A stretch of DNA of 64,000 nucleotides, taken from Octopus bimaculoides. Taxonomy: Eukaryota. Within the stretch, counting starts at the first letter, position 1, and every line of letters starts with the position of its first letter. Shown here piece after piece: positions 1 to 13,069 of the stretch. Made by a program: the position numbers and the translations under genes. The stretch covers positions 31,283,827 to 31,347,826 of the forward strand of contig NC_069000.1 of NCBI RefSeq assembly GCF_001194135.2, read 5' to 3'. The notes below the pieces were generated by a model. That model was not told where the DNA came from. It was given only the letters and a program-made list of their open reading frames with translations, and made no database searches.

Positions 1-357
1 ACGACGACGAGGGTTCCGGTTGATCAACAAAACAGCCTGCTCGTGAAATTAACGTGCAAGTGGCTGAGCACTTCACAGACACGTGTACCCTTAACGTAGT
101 TCTCGGGGAGATTCAGCCTGACACAGTGTGACAAGGCTGGCCCTTTGAATTACAGGTACAACAGAAACCGGAACTAAGAGTGAGAGAAAGTTGTGTTGAA
201 AGAGTACAGCAGGGCTCGCTACCATCCCCTGCCGGAGCCTCGTGGAGCTTTACGTGTTTTCGCTCAATAAACACTCACAACGCCCGGTCTGGGAATCGAA
301 ACCGCGATCCTATGACCGCGAGTCCGCTGCCCTAACCACTGGGCCATTGCACCTCCA
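1..357 (-). mobile_element. tRNA-derived SINE, family A; 3' tail runs off the window start
   Basis: Near-identical to copies at 8838-9216, 19395-19720 and 58209-58603. Minus-strand head reads GTGGAGGTGCAATGGCCCAGTGGTTAGGG...GGTTTCGATTCCC (A and B boxes). Confidence 0.9.
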
Positions 358-595
358 CTATANNNNNNNNNNNNNNNNNNNNNNNNNNNNNNNNNNNNNN
401 NNNNNNNNNNNNNNNNNNNNNNNNNNNNNNNNNNNNNNNNNNNNNNNNNNNNNNNNNNNNNNCTCCAGCTCCAGTCCTCCTGGGGCTAAAAGCAACAGTA
501 ACATCCACCCCTAGGGGTCAGCCACACTTAAGTGGCAATATACTACACTTTATCGTGCAGTTACTGTTAATACTTCATTTAGAGAATTAACTTTG

Positions 596-639
<44 letters not shown>

Positions 640-952
640 CATACACACACACAAAACAAACATACACATATGCACGCTTATATTCATATTAATATGTGCA
701 TATATGTGTGTGTATGAATGTATTCTTCTTGAATAATTATTTAAAACACTCACCATGATCAACCAGAGACTGCCTCTTTAGAATCACAAACGTGTATGCC
801 AGAATGCGTTGTATTATATTTACATGTAAAACTAAAGCAGACCCTCTGTATTGCACTCAGCAAACTTAATTCAGACTCAGCTGTATTCCGTACATTTTCC
901 CCTTTTTACCTCGTATTGTACAAAAAATGACATTCAAATAATTACCTTTCCT

Positions 953-1004
<52 letters not shown>

Positions 1005-1079
1005 TATTTATTTCTTTCATGGTATATTTCTATGTTTTTAATATCTATCTATCTATCTACCTATCTATCTATCTATCTG

Positions 1080-1117
<38 letters not shown>

Positions 1118-1640
1118 GGTCTGTTTCAAATAATGTTCCTATTAATTTAGCTAATTAATATAAAACAATTACTAGTTATTGGATGAACTCCACATGTTTA
1201 TACATCATAAAAGGCTTCCTGGTATAATCGTTAAAACAGAATAAATATATCTATATGATTTTCCCGTTTCCATCCTTTCTCGTAATTAATAATTACAGAA
1301 AACAACTTAACATAAAAGAATGACTGAACTCAACAAAGGAAATTAATATAAGGTTATTTTATAGCTTATTACATAATAACTAGATAATAAATAAATATAC
1401 ATTCCAAAGACTGCAACAAAGTTCTTTCATCATGCGGTACAATCTCGAACTAACAATTAGCGATTTAAAATAATAACAGGACTAATTACTCTATACAAAC
1501 TCTGTCGCTTTCCCGAATTGTTCTACATACATACACTGACGTATGGAAAGTTTTGAGACACCTGTTGAATTATTTCTTTTTCCTTCGGTATCTTTCTCTT
1601 CTTTGCAGGTAGATATATATATATAACTATATCGTTATCC

Positions 1641-1844
1641 TCTACTTGTTTCAGTCATTGGATTGCAGCCTACGTGGAGCACCATCTTAAAGGGTTTACA
1701 AGAGGGACAAATATACTCTGTACTCATTTTTTTTACAGCCCGGTACTTATTCTATCGGTCTCACTAAGTTACGAGGGAGTAAACAAACCAGCACAGGTTT
1801 TCAAGTGGTAGAACAAGGCAAACACAATCACACTCACACACTCC

Positions 1845-1885
<41 letters not shown>

Positions 1886-2040
1886 CACGCACACACACAA
1901 AATACAGCAGACTTCTATCAGAAGGCTTTGGTCGGCTCAGAGATATAGGGATTATTAAACTTTCTAACGGTGCCATGCAGTAGGACTGAACCCGGAACTA
2001 TGATCTTGGGATGCAAACTTCTTACCACATAACTACGTCT
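1641..2040 (-). mobile_element. tRNA/CORE-like SINE, family C, degenerate, with internal (CA)n
   Basis: Reverse-complement similarity to 2266-2737: head GTGGTAAGAAGTTTGC...GGGTTCAGTCC, 3' end AATGACTGAAACAAGTAG. Confidence 0.75.
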
Positions 2041-2265
2041 ACAATTGAGTTTTTGATATTATTGTCAGTTAAATTTGATGAAACACAATATTAAAAAATC
2101 ATCGGAATTTATCGATGAGTTTATCCGCAGTTAAGTCATGGGTTGGTATGAGTACAGAAATAGCTCAAATTTTTTCGGTATTAATCACCAAATAACGCTA
2201 AATTTGTAGGGTAACTGAGTTTTGTTTTTATGGAATTTAGTTTGTCCATACTGACTACTCCTATA

Positions 2266-2410
2266 GGCGCGGTAAGAAGCTTGCTTCCCAACCATATAGT
2301 TCTGGGTTCAGTCCTAATACGTGGCACCTTGGGTAAGTGTCTTCTACTATAGCCTCCGACCGATTAGACTTGTGAGTGGATTTGGTAGACGGAAACCGTC
2401 GTGTGTGTGA

Positions 2411-2456
<46 letters not shown>

Positions 2457-2504
2457 NNNNNNNNNNNNNNNNNNNNNNNNNNNNNNNNNNNNNNNNNNNN
2501 NNNN

Positions 2505-2544
<40 letters not shown>

Positions 2545-2737
2545 TGTTATCACCGGTTTACAACCTGTGCTGATGTGTATATATTCATGTAACTTAGCAG
2601 TTCGGCAATGAGACCGAGAGAATAAGTACGAGGCTTAAAAGAATAAGTACTGGGGTCGATTCGTTCGACAAAAAGTTTTTCAAGGCAGTGCCCCAGCATG
2701 GCCGAGGTATAATGTCTGAAACAATTAGAAATAAAAG
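2266..2737 (+). mobile_element. tRNA/CORE-like SINE, family C, with internal (TA)n/(TG)n and an N-gap
   Basis: Head GGTAAGAAGCTTGCTTCCCAACC...GGGTTCAGTCC, then GGCACCTTGGGTAAGTGTCTT (resembles the CORE-SINE core GTGACCTTGGGCAAGTCACTT), an internal microsatellite, and 3' CCCCAGCATGGCC...CTGAAACAA. Octopus OR2 is a described CORE-SINE (from memory; identity not verified). Confidence 0.85.
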
Positions 2738-3231
2738 GTACCCAGTTCACTTTCCTTAAGGTGTGTTAGAATTGTTTGAGATTGTTAGTAAAATTATGTT
2801 CGTGATAAAGGTAATTTCCGTAGACTGTTCATCTGATTTTAAATGGATGATTAATTCGACCTACAAGATAGATGCTTCTCTGTGCATGGATAAAGGTGAC
2901 TGTAAAGTATACAAATATATGTCGTATTTTAGCTTTTGCTGTTTGTTTTTGTCGTTTTATCGCGTTTTAAAGAAAGCTGCAGTGTAAGCTAAGAGCTGAG
3001 CGTAGAATAAAGCTTTAAGAATTTACCCACATCACGTATTTTCTCCATTTCGGATTAGTACTTGCACTGATAAGGCATTTATTTCCTGTGATTTGTTTAA
3101 TCTCAAACCTGCTTTTGACGGTCCTGATTTATGATCTCCAAATATATCTAAGTACTCTGACTACATGGGAATTCACAGCACTATCTCCTTGTGTTAAAAA
3201 TCTCTCATTTCAATATTTTTAATGTTTGTGA

Positions 3232-3370
3232 GTTGGAGAGCTGGCAGAATCTTTAGCACACCGGGTATTTCGTCCATCTTCATGTTCTGAATCCAAATTC
3301 CGCCGAGATCGACTCTGGCTTTCATCCCTTCTATATCGATAAAATAAGTACCAGATAAATACTGAGAGAT
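3232..3370 (+). mobile_element. SINE family B, degenerate
   Basis: GAGCTGGCAGAA...AAATTCCGCCGAGATCGAC...CTTTCATCC...TCGATAAAATAAGTACCAG matches 6050-6267. Confidence 0.75.
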
Positions 3371-3513
3371 TAAAAATCAAGAAATGCGTTCAATTTCGTT
3401 AATATTGTTAGGTCTTGAAACTTATCTCAACAGGTTAGTTTAAGGAGTTTTCGGCTTCCAAAGAAAAAAGAATGAATAAATATTCTAATTCTTTGATTCG
3501 TTACTACTTCTGG

Positions 3514-3562
<49 letters not shown>

Positions 3563-3835
3563 TGTGTGTGTGGGTAACTCGCCCAAGATGTAGGAAGTTG
3601 CACACGTGCGCGCGCACATACACCTAAGTGACTTTGTAGGATCTAAAACTGCAGTTAGAAAATTAAATGTCATAAGAACAGGAACAAAAAGATATTGAAT
3701 TGTCAATTTTGACATGACAATGTCCTCGTACTTATAGCTAATCTTCTAAATAGTTCTAACACGTTTTTTTTAAAATTCATTTATACATAGTTATTCTGCA
3801 ATGCTTCAAGCAATCTACAACGTTCTCTCTCTCAC

Positions 3836-3881
<46 letters not shown>

Positions 3882-5549
3882 GTCTGTCTATCTTTATTTG
3901 TGTGTGTATTTGTGTATTTGTGCGCTTATGTAGGTATACATACATATAGGCTAAACTACATGCATACGTATACACACATAGACACATATACTTATCTATG
4001 CGAATGCATAGCCGTATTCTTAGGAATTATTTCACTTTGTGGTTCAACATTTGACATGATTGAGCGGGGCATTGCAGAAGCGATTTCAGCTGAGTTTTTG
4101 GAATAGGTAATATTCCAAATTGCTTGTCTTCGTTGTTCTCCTCGGGAAAGGCGAAGGACAAGGAATTAGGAAATTTTCCTCTTCATTTTTTAAAAAGTAT
4201 TCTTGTGTTTAATACAACTGAAATTACGATTCTGAAAGATCTTTGTTCAAATTTTTACATTCTCAGCCATTTTCTTCTTCATGAGGCAGTGATATCACTT
4301 CCAAAAGCTCCATCCTAATTCTTACCAGAACTTCAGATTGAATAATATCCTCATTTATAAACTTCATATTGAATAACATACTCATTTATAAATGAATTAT
4401 TACGGGTCACTCTTTCTGCTCGAATGATTTGTCAAAATTCTCTCAAATTACTGTCTTAAATAAGAACACATTGTAGTCCTAGATACACCCCTAAAATCTT
4501 ACTAAGCATTTGATTGGTTTGAGTGTTTTTCATAACATATCAGTACGATTGGATACACTGGGACTATTCAAGTTCAACAGCAAACAAACAAAAACTAAAA
4601 CAAAACAAAAAAGACAAGAGAAATTGTTACAATAGTAACGGCAAAATATTTGGCTGAATGTTTTGTAGTATTATAGTGAGTTTTCTTTAGATTTATATTT
4701 ATTTATCCATCTAGCTCCGATGAAAAAGAGCAACTGAATGAATGATGCAGTGAATATCGTACCTGAAAACAAATCTTTAATCGAAACTTTCCTCTTGAAG
4801 AATGAAAAGAAAAACCTTGCGGTAATTATTGTCGACACTCAAAGAAAAGGGAGAGATAATTTGAAGTTAAGAATTATTTTTCATATTAATTAACTATGCA
4901 CATGTTGTGCTGTATTAAACCTTACTAGAATGCTATAGTAAGGTTGCCTTCGAAAACTCAGAATTTTCGTTAGTAAAAAAAGAGTTACGAATTATTTCGG
5001 GGCAATGTAATTAGCATAATTAAAAAATAATTGAGCAATGTGATTATTCTAATATTGACTGAATGCCGATATCATTTGTAGCAAATTTTAAAAGTTCCTT
5101 ATTATCACCATCGAAGCAGAAATGCGATCGGAAGAGTCAAGCAACATTGACATGACTAATGATATTGAAGTAATTGGGGTCTCTGCTGAACTCATTTAAA
5201 TATGCGTTACTGGAAATAATCGAAGAAACTTTATGTCAGAATATTTCCTCGTGATTTTGAAGGAGGGAAATAAAGAAAACAAAGACATAAATGAACGACA
5301 ACTGTAATGAAGTCTTTAGAAATGTAGGAAGAATTCTTTGATTCGTCATGCTTACTACGTGACGTATTACAAAATAATGATAATTATAATAATGATAATA
5401 ACGATAATGATAATAATGACAATGATGATGCTGCTGATGATGATGTTAATGAGTTCTTCTATTTCGTAGAATATTAATAATATTAATTATAAAATCGCTC
5501 TAATTATTATAATTAATTTTATTATTTTTATTATTGTAATCATCATTGT

Positions 5550-7000
5550 TATTTATTTTGTTTCCGTGCTCTTTCGATTTTTACAAGCTGTTCCAAGTTT
5601 CAGCCAGAGATCTCAAGAAACAACAAGTTAGACGACTTTGTGTGGGTGTTATTTATAAGTTGTAATTATGTCATTAAAAGCTTGTTGTAAAGTCTTCGAT
5701 TTTTTAAAGCTTCAAATTCCTCAGGTTAACAGTGCTTTTCTTTTCTTTCGGAGAACAATGGACTGTTCACAAGAACAATTTATCTGTAATTCTGATACTG
5801 TGGGTTTCCTGCAATGTGATCATAGTTTTCGAAGGCACCATTTCTTATATCCCCAAAGCCCCGAATATCATTACGTGCAGTTATCTCTCTTAGGTGCCAC
5901 ATTTTTGAGACCTCGATTTTAAAGCCCCTGTATTTGATTAAATTTTCAAACGTATTGGCAGAAGTATTGCCGTCTGCTGGGATTGACATATCTATGAGCA
6001 AAATAGATGTCAATGACTTCTTTTTTATCACAATCTTCTGTCTATTATTGGCGGTGAGCTGGCAGAAACGTTAGCACACCGGGCGAAATGCTTGGCGGTA
6101 TTTCGTGTGTCTTTACACCCTAAGTTAAAATTCCGCTGAGGTCGACTTTGCCTTTCATCCTTTCGGAGTCGATAAATTAAGTACCAGTTGCATACTGGGG
6201 TCGATCTAATCTATTGGCCCCTCTCCCCCAAAATTTTGGGCCTTGTGCCTAGAGTAGGAAAAAATATTTGGTCTATTGGCCTGAACAACTTGATCAGTTT
6301 GAATACTAATATCTCGAAGGACGGCGATGTCTGTTTTCTACTTTGGTAGGCTTGTGTTCCCACCAGTTCTTATACAGGAGTTTAAACTGAATGCATATCC
6401 AGCGAAAATACTCACCATGTCTGGCATGGTGACTAGTATACTCACTTGAAGCTAACATAAAACAGCCAGAGATGCGGTTGTGTGTACCACTAAAGCGGTA
6501 GATTTAAGTTAGCACAATTTGCTTGGTAAAATCTAATAAGCAGACTCTGACTGAATTGTTAATATGAAATCTAGACGTAATCTGCTAATGATGGGTTATA
6601 TCTGTGTCAACATCAGAATACCTACTCCTTGTAAGAAATTTACTATGTGATATCTTACTTTTTTTCTATCTATTACAGAACGTTGGGGTGCAATTTTATT
6701 TGTCTTTGTTCTTTTAATTGTTTTGTTTTCTCATTTTGTTCTTCCCTTTCATCTAATTGCGCCTAAATCCCAGCAACCCTTAACCCCTTTACATATGTAT
6801 TGACATATACAGAATATGACTGCTTTGTCATTTTCTGAAGACTTTACCGCTCTATGCTTATACTACCTCATTTCTGTTGGCATTCTGCTTATGATTCTGG
6901 AATAACTTTCAGTGAATATGAGTTTCAGCTTTCTCTTATTTAATACTGTACTCTTTCTTGGATAAGATTTGGCAGAGAAAATGTAATTATGTGTTCCTAC
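5550..7000 (-). mobile_element. R4/Dong-clade LINE 3' relic (post-CCHC region, RLE endonuclease, 3' UTR), interrupted by a SINE
   Basis: Minus-strand translation gives KNWWEHKP..ANR|..LLIDMSIPADGN..KYRGFKIEVSKMWHL (ORF 5780-6031). The 3' UTR at ~5585-5640 matches ~41047-41100. Frameshifted, with stops. Confidence 0.8.
6050..6267 (+). mobile_element. tRNA-derived SINE, family B, full length, inserted in the LINE
   Basis: GGCGGTGAGCTGGCAGAAACGTTAGC...GCCTTTCATCCTTTCGGAGTCGATAAATTAAGTACCAG...GCCTAGAGTAG. Possible TSD GTCTATT at 6040-6046 and 6271-6277. Confidence 0.9.
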
Positions 7001-7029
7001 CTAGTTCTAAATATTGGTACAGGGTTATC

Positions 7030-7218
7030 AAGTTCGGGGTGGGGGAAGGTGTAAGTCGATTACATCGGCCCCAATACTCAACTGGTACTTATTTTATCGA
7101 CCCCGAAAGGATGACAGGTAAAGTTGACCTCGGTGGAATGGGAACTCGAATGTAATGATGGACGAAATACCGCTTAGTATTTTGTCCGGCGTGCTAACGA
7201 TTCTGCCAGCTCGCTGCC
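7030..7218 (-). mobile_element. SINE family B
   Basis: Reverse complement matches 6050-6267 and 62294-62510. Confidence 0.85.
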
Positions 7219-7224
7219 TTAATT

Positions 7225-7520
7225 TCGCATAATATTCTGAAGCTTTGCATTGTATTCTGTTTTACTGCATGATTTTGGCGGTTCCTTGTGTGAAAAGCTT
7301 TGATCCTTTGCTGAAGTGAAGAATATTTCTATCTTATTTTCTAAGGAAATATTACAAATCCTCTTTTCCCACTTCCAGGCTTTTTTATATATTTACATGT
7401 AAAGGCTTTTCTTTCATGGCTCCGTTTTTAGTTTAGATTTTATATTTTGACAATTTATTTTGTTATTTCTCGATTCTCTTCAAAATTGTAATTTCAGTCA
7501 CTATTATGTACTTGTTTATT
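7225..7520 (-). mobile_element. R4/Dong-clade LINE relic (pre-CCHC segment)
   Basis: Minus-strand GGATCAAAGCTTTTCACACAAGGAACCGCCAAAATCATG aligns with the QSLPTRNRQNHV-coding segment at ~60970-61020. Confidence 0.55.
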
Positions 7521-8788
7521 TCCTCAATTCTAAAACTATTTGAAATCAAAAAAACAAACAAACAAACAAAAAAAAAACGACAAAATAAGCTAAAGTAGAG
7601 GTAGCACTATCGTATGTGTGTAGTGACTATGAATTAGCCGACACGAGTTCTCAACTGAGTACCTAATCTCGACTGTTTTAATTTTTTTTTTGTCAAACAT
7701 ACCACAGAGTTTTACCAAATATCCTATCAGCTGCGGCCGTGCCTATATGCATTCACCCAAATTTTATTTTCAACTCCACAGTAGATAACACACTTGAAGA
7801 TTAAAAGGACAGTAGCGCTTCTCATGAACCGTGAAAAGTATATGCTCATAAATACCTAGTGTTCTTTTCTTGAGATTTGACTTTTCATGAGTAACAATGT
7901 CGCCTTTTGAAAGGGTGATGTAACCACAGAGTGTGCAAACGAAATTTCCTTTAGGCCATTAACCATACAGAACTTTAACAGCATGGATATTTCAGAGGTT
8001 ACTATTTCCCAGTTTGATTGGCAGTTCGTATTTTCTCAAACTATATGCGGTTCCTCCTCTTACAGAACACTATATTAAGTTTTACTCTGATTTTCATATC
8101 TTTATTAATTACAATTCTCAGTTAACAGTATTAATGTTCAAAGACTTAAGGTTTGATTTGTGACGTCATCTGTTGCGGACGCTCACTGAAAACTAATTAA
8201 CTGTAAAATCATTGCTTCGGAAGCCTCAAGTCAGGAAGATGGATGACATGACTAACCTTTCGCATTTGATACTTGATGAGGTGAACTTCCAAACTGAAAT
8301 ACAGTACCCTTTTCATGACTTCTATGTCAAGCACCAAAGATTTCCAGCTGATCTTTAATATTCAACGTAGACACTTTTAGTAAAATCTTTTGAGCATTTT
8401 CATGCGACGTCAGTATGTTGCTTTGTCTAAGACGCACGTAGCAAAGATATGATAGCGCTTACAACATAAATGCAAAGCTTGGTAGAAACTTCCAAGTTTC
8501 CTATCCAAGTTTCTGACTACTTGATTGGATGAATGAAGTAATGTACATCGTATACGAAGAGTATTTAGAAGAACTCAACAGGAATTAATCGTATTGCACC
8601 CGATGAAGTGCACACACGCGGCTGTTGCTGAGCAGTATTCAACTGTATAATGATTATATACAATGTTCTTTTATAATGGTTTATTAATATAAATTCAACA
8701 TCTTAAAACTGGTGTGCGGTTCAGGTAGAAACAAATATCGAGACTACAATTAAAGCGTCTTACCCTCCATTCTCGCGTTATGTTAAAG

Positions 8789-8822
<34 letters not shown>

Positions 8823-8837
8823 CTTTACACCACAAAT

Positions 8838-9216
8838 TTGTTGTTGTTGGCACTCCGTCGCTTACGACGTCGAGGGTTCCAGTTGATCCGATCAACGGAA
8901 CAGCCTGCTCGTGAAATTAACGTGCAAGTGGCTGAGCACTCCACAAACAGGTGTACCTTTAACGTAGTTGTCGGAGATATTCAGCGTGACACAGTCTGAC
9001 AAGGCTGACCCTTTGAATTCCAGGCACAACAAAAACAGGAAGAAAGAGTGAGAGAAAGTTGTGGTGATAGAGTACAGCAGGGTTCGCCACCATCCCCTGT
9101 CGGAGCCTTAGGTGTTTTCGCTCAATAAACACTCACAACGCTCGGTCTGGGAATAGAAACCGCGATCCTATGACCGCCAGTCCGCTGCCCTAACCACTCG
9201 GCCATTGCGCCTTCAC
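8838..9216 (-). mobile_element. SINE family A, full length, with a 12-bp TSD
   Basis: tRNA-like head and (CAA)n tail. TACACCACAAAT occurs at 8826-8837 and 9217-9228. Confidence 0.95.
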
Positions 9217-10213
9217 TACACCACAAATAGCCATTTCTTAAACTATTGTTATGTACAACAGGCAACTGAAACGTCGAGTGAATGAAAGTGTGGTTCAAAA
9301 CTGTAATTCATGTTCATCGTACACATGAGTAAACAATATATCAGTTTCTAAACTCTNNNNNNNNNNNNNNNNNNNNNNNNNNNNNNNNNNNNNNNNNNNN
9401 NNNNNNNNNNNNNNNNNNNNNNNNNNNNNNNNNNNNNNNNNNNNNNNNNNNNNNNNNNNNNNNNNNNNNNNNNNNNNNNNNNNNNNNNNNNNNNNNNNNN
9501 NNNNNNNNNNNNNNNNNNNNNNNNNNNNNNNNNNNNNNNNNNNNNNNNNNNNNNNNNNNNNNNNNNNNNNNNNNNNNNNNNNNNNNNNNNNNNNNNNNNN
9601 NNNNNNNNNNNNNNNNNNNNNNNNNNNNNNNNNNNNNNNNNNNNNNNNNNNNNNNNNNNNNNNNNNNNNNNNNNNNNNNNNNNNNNNNNNNNNNNNNNNN
9701 NNNNNNNNNNNNNNNNNNNNNNNNNNNNNNNNNNNNNNNNNNNNNNNNNNNNNNNNNNNNNNNNNNNNNNNNNNNNNNNNNNNNNNNNNNNNNNNNNNNN
9801 NNNNNNNNNNNNNNNNNNNNNNNNNNNNNNNNNNNNNNNNNNNNNNNNNNNNNNNNNNNNNNNNNNNNNNNNNNNNNNNNNNNNNNNNNNNNNNNNNNNN
9901 NNNNNNNNNNNNNNNNNNNNNNNNNNNNNNNNNNNNNNNNNNNNNNNNNNNNNNNNNNNNNNNNNNNNNNNNNNNNNNNNNNNNNNNNNNNNNNNNNNNN
10001 NNNNNNNNNNNNNNNNNNNNNNNNNNNNNNNNNNNNNNNNNNNNNNNNNNNNNNNNNNNNNNNNNNNNNNNNNNNNNNNNNNNNNNNNNNNNNNNNNNNN
10101 NNNNNNNNNNNNNNNNNNNNNNNNNNNNNNNNNNNNNNNNNNNNNNNNNNNNNNNNNNNNNNNNNNNNNNNNNNNNNNNNNNNNNNNNNNNNNNNNNNNN
10201 NNNNNNNNNNNNN

Positions 10214-10259
<46 letters not shown>

Positions 10260-10409
10260 GCACACTCACTGGCATATTTATACGTACACACGTATGTCTG
10301 CTTGTGTATTTCATGTGTGTGTGTACGTGTATGCCTATGTTATAATTCTACATAAATATTCTTATATATATATATGAATGCACAGACATACTTTTATGTG
10401 TTATTTATT

Positions 10410-10585
10410 ATATGACGAGCGCTTCCTTTAGTTTTCGTCTACGAAATCCACTCACAATGCTTTGGTCGGCGCAGGGCTATAGTAAAAGACATACGTCTAA
10501 GGTGTCGCCCAGTGGGGTTGAACCCAAGATCGCACGGTTGTGTTGTGAAGCCCGGTTTTTTAACGACACACCTACCCTGCACCTG
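10410..10585 (-). mobile_element. SINE family C, 5' half
   Basis: AAATCCACTCACAATGCTTTGGTCGG...GCTATAGTAAAAGACA is the reverse complement of the family C head/core. Confidence 0.7.
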
Positions 10586-12178
10586 TATTAGATTTGAGTA
10601 AATAAAATAGAAGAAAAAACATTGCTTTCATATGATGTTAGCAGGAAGTTAGCGTTGCATAAGTTGCTTGTCCCGTCGTAACTTTCTGAGGAGCCTTAAC
10701 AGTTCTTAAGAAGCAAGGGAAAGCATCAGATGCATTCAAGAACCTTCCACATATTGTAATGTGACACTAAACCGACAGCTTTGGTAAGATCATGGAAAAT
10801 TGAGCTTAGAGAACAACATTGTTGTCGACATTTTCCCTGGATCTTTCACAAGAGAAGGTCAGGTTGACCATTAATGTAAATAAGAAATATAATCTTTGTT
10901 TATCTTACACATGAATAAACAGATATCAGACTTTACACACAGTTTACACAGTTTAATCAGCACTTTTATGCGGTATTTTTTATTTCACAGATGCACGCGT
11001 TCACACACACATGTTTGAATGTATATATATATGTATGTTATCAACTTTCAAATATTCAATCAATCGATATTCACGTTGTTCAGATCTTGTCCTCGATTTC
11101 GTGAATTCCTTTTTTTTTCGCTGTTCAAAATGTTTCGAAAACATTCACTTGTCAATTGCAACAACTACAACAAATATGGAGGACATCAAACGGGATTTTT
11201 GAAGTCACATGATCTCATATTCAACGATAATTTTTGTCATTTCTGTCATTTGAAACAAAAAAAAAATATAACATAACATAGTATAATATAATATAATATG
11301 ATATAATTTGCCTTTCATTATATTTTGTTTTTGTGAAAATTAGTTTATTACTGGGAAATAGAAAATTAACAAAAATGTGTGGAGAGCATGTGATTCGTTT
11401 ATTTGTATGCCTGAGAATTGGCTCACAAATTAGCTTCAACTGCAATAATTTTAATCTCATTTCCCCTATTTTGATTTATTAATAAAGATTTTACACCTGG
11501 AACTAAAATTCAGCCAAAGTTTATATTCATATTTAAATATCTTCTTTCCTTTTTGAAATGGAAACAGGTTATGGTTAAAATATAATTAAAGTTCTATTTT
11601 AAATGTGTGTTCTCATGCTTAAATGTACAAGAGCACGAATGGGCGAATGATAAGAATCCCAATCAACTAATTGATTAGCTCAATGAGTGATCAATGGTTC
11701 TTAAGTAACCTGTTATTGGTCACTGCCGAAACTCTTAATCTACAAGTAACACAGTCCACTTACATGAAAATAAGTGCTGCTAGATGAATCAAAACTTTAT
11801 ACAGTTTAAAGGCATTTACATGGCTGAGGTCCCTTTAATATGTAGGTCTATCTTAACGCTTGCTGAAGAGGACAGCATAAGATGAAATATTTTCAGGATC
11901 ACATCAAATTTATGATGTTATTTTCAGCTATATTATTTGCAGCCAGAGCTACAATTTTTGACTGTAGGAAATGCTTCGGTGCATCTGTATGTCAGTATAT
12001 ATATGAGTGTATGTATGTATGTATGTATGTATGTATGTATGTATGTATGTATGTATGTATGTATGCATGTATGCGGTGCTCCAGCATTGTCACAGCCACG
12101 GGGCTGAAATGTATAAAAGAATGAAATACTAAAAGAATATATGTATATGTATATACCACGGTGTGCATCTATGTGTGA

Positions 12179-12234
<56 letters not shown>

Positions 12235-13009
12235 TCATAAATATAAGGGATTAGCAATTGAGTTGCTTCTCCAACATACTGAAAATTCAGAAACAGCAGT
12301 CAAAGAACTACTGACGATATGATGATAAATGGTCTTACCGATAAAGGTTTATTTCATACTGAACTACTTGGCAAAATTGTTAATTGTTAATTATATTATT
12401 AATTGACGATTCCCTGCCCTCATTTCTTGTATATTTTATATATATATATATATATATGTATATAAACATAGTAGTATTATTACCGTTATTAATAGTATTA
12501 GTAAGATAATACTAAGGTGGCTAGCAAGTTCACACCGTTTAAAGTGAGGAGCGCGCACGAGCTCATGTAGTGAATATTTTAGAAATAGATGTTAAAATCT
12601 TATTTTCAACAGAAGACCGCAGGGTATGTTTGTCAGGCAAAGCGTGAAATCAATTGATATTGAAATATGCATTACTTACCGATGTATTCAGCGCAAAGGT
12701 AAGTCTATTTCTCTTATGCTCATTGCATTGCTTGTGTGTATCTTTATCGTGAGTATATAGTGGTTTTTGCAGCATTGGTTCTGATTTTAGCAACTGGTAT
12801 TACATACCCTACTGAATCTATCTATCTATCTATCTATCTATCTATATGTATATACATATATAGTTTCAATGTATGTGTATATATACATGTTTGTATATGT
12901 ATATATGTATATATATATATATATANNNNNNNNNNNNNNNNNNNNNNNNNNNNNNNNNNNNNNNNNNNNNNNNNNNNNNNNNNNNNNNNNNNNNNNNNNN
13001 NNNNNNNNN

Positions 13010-13069
<60 letters not shown>
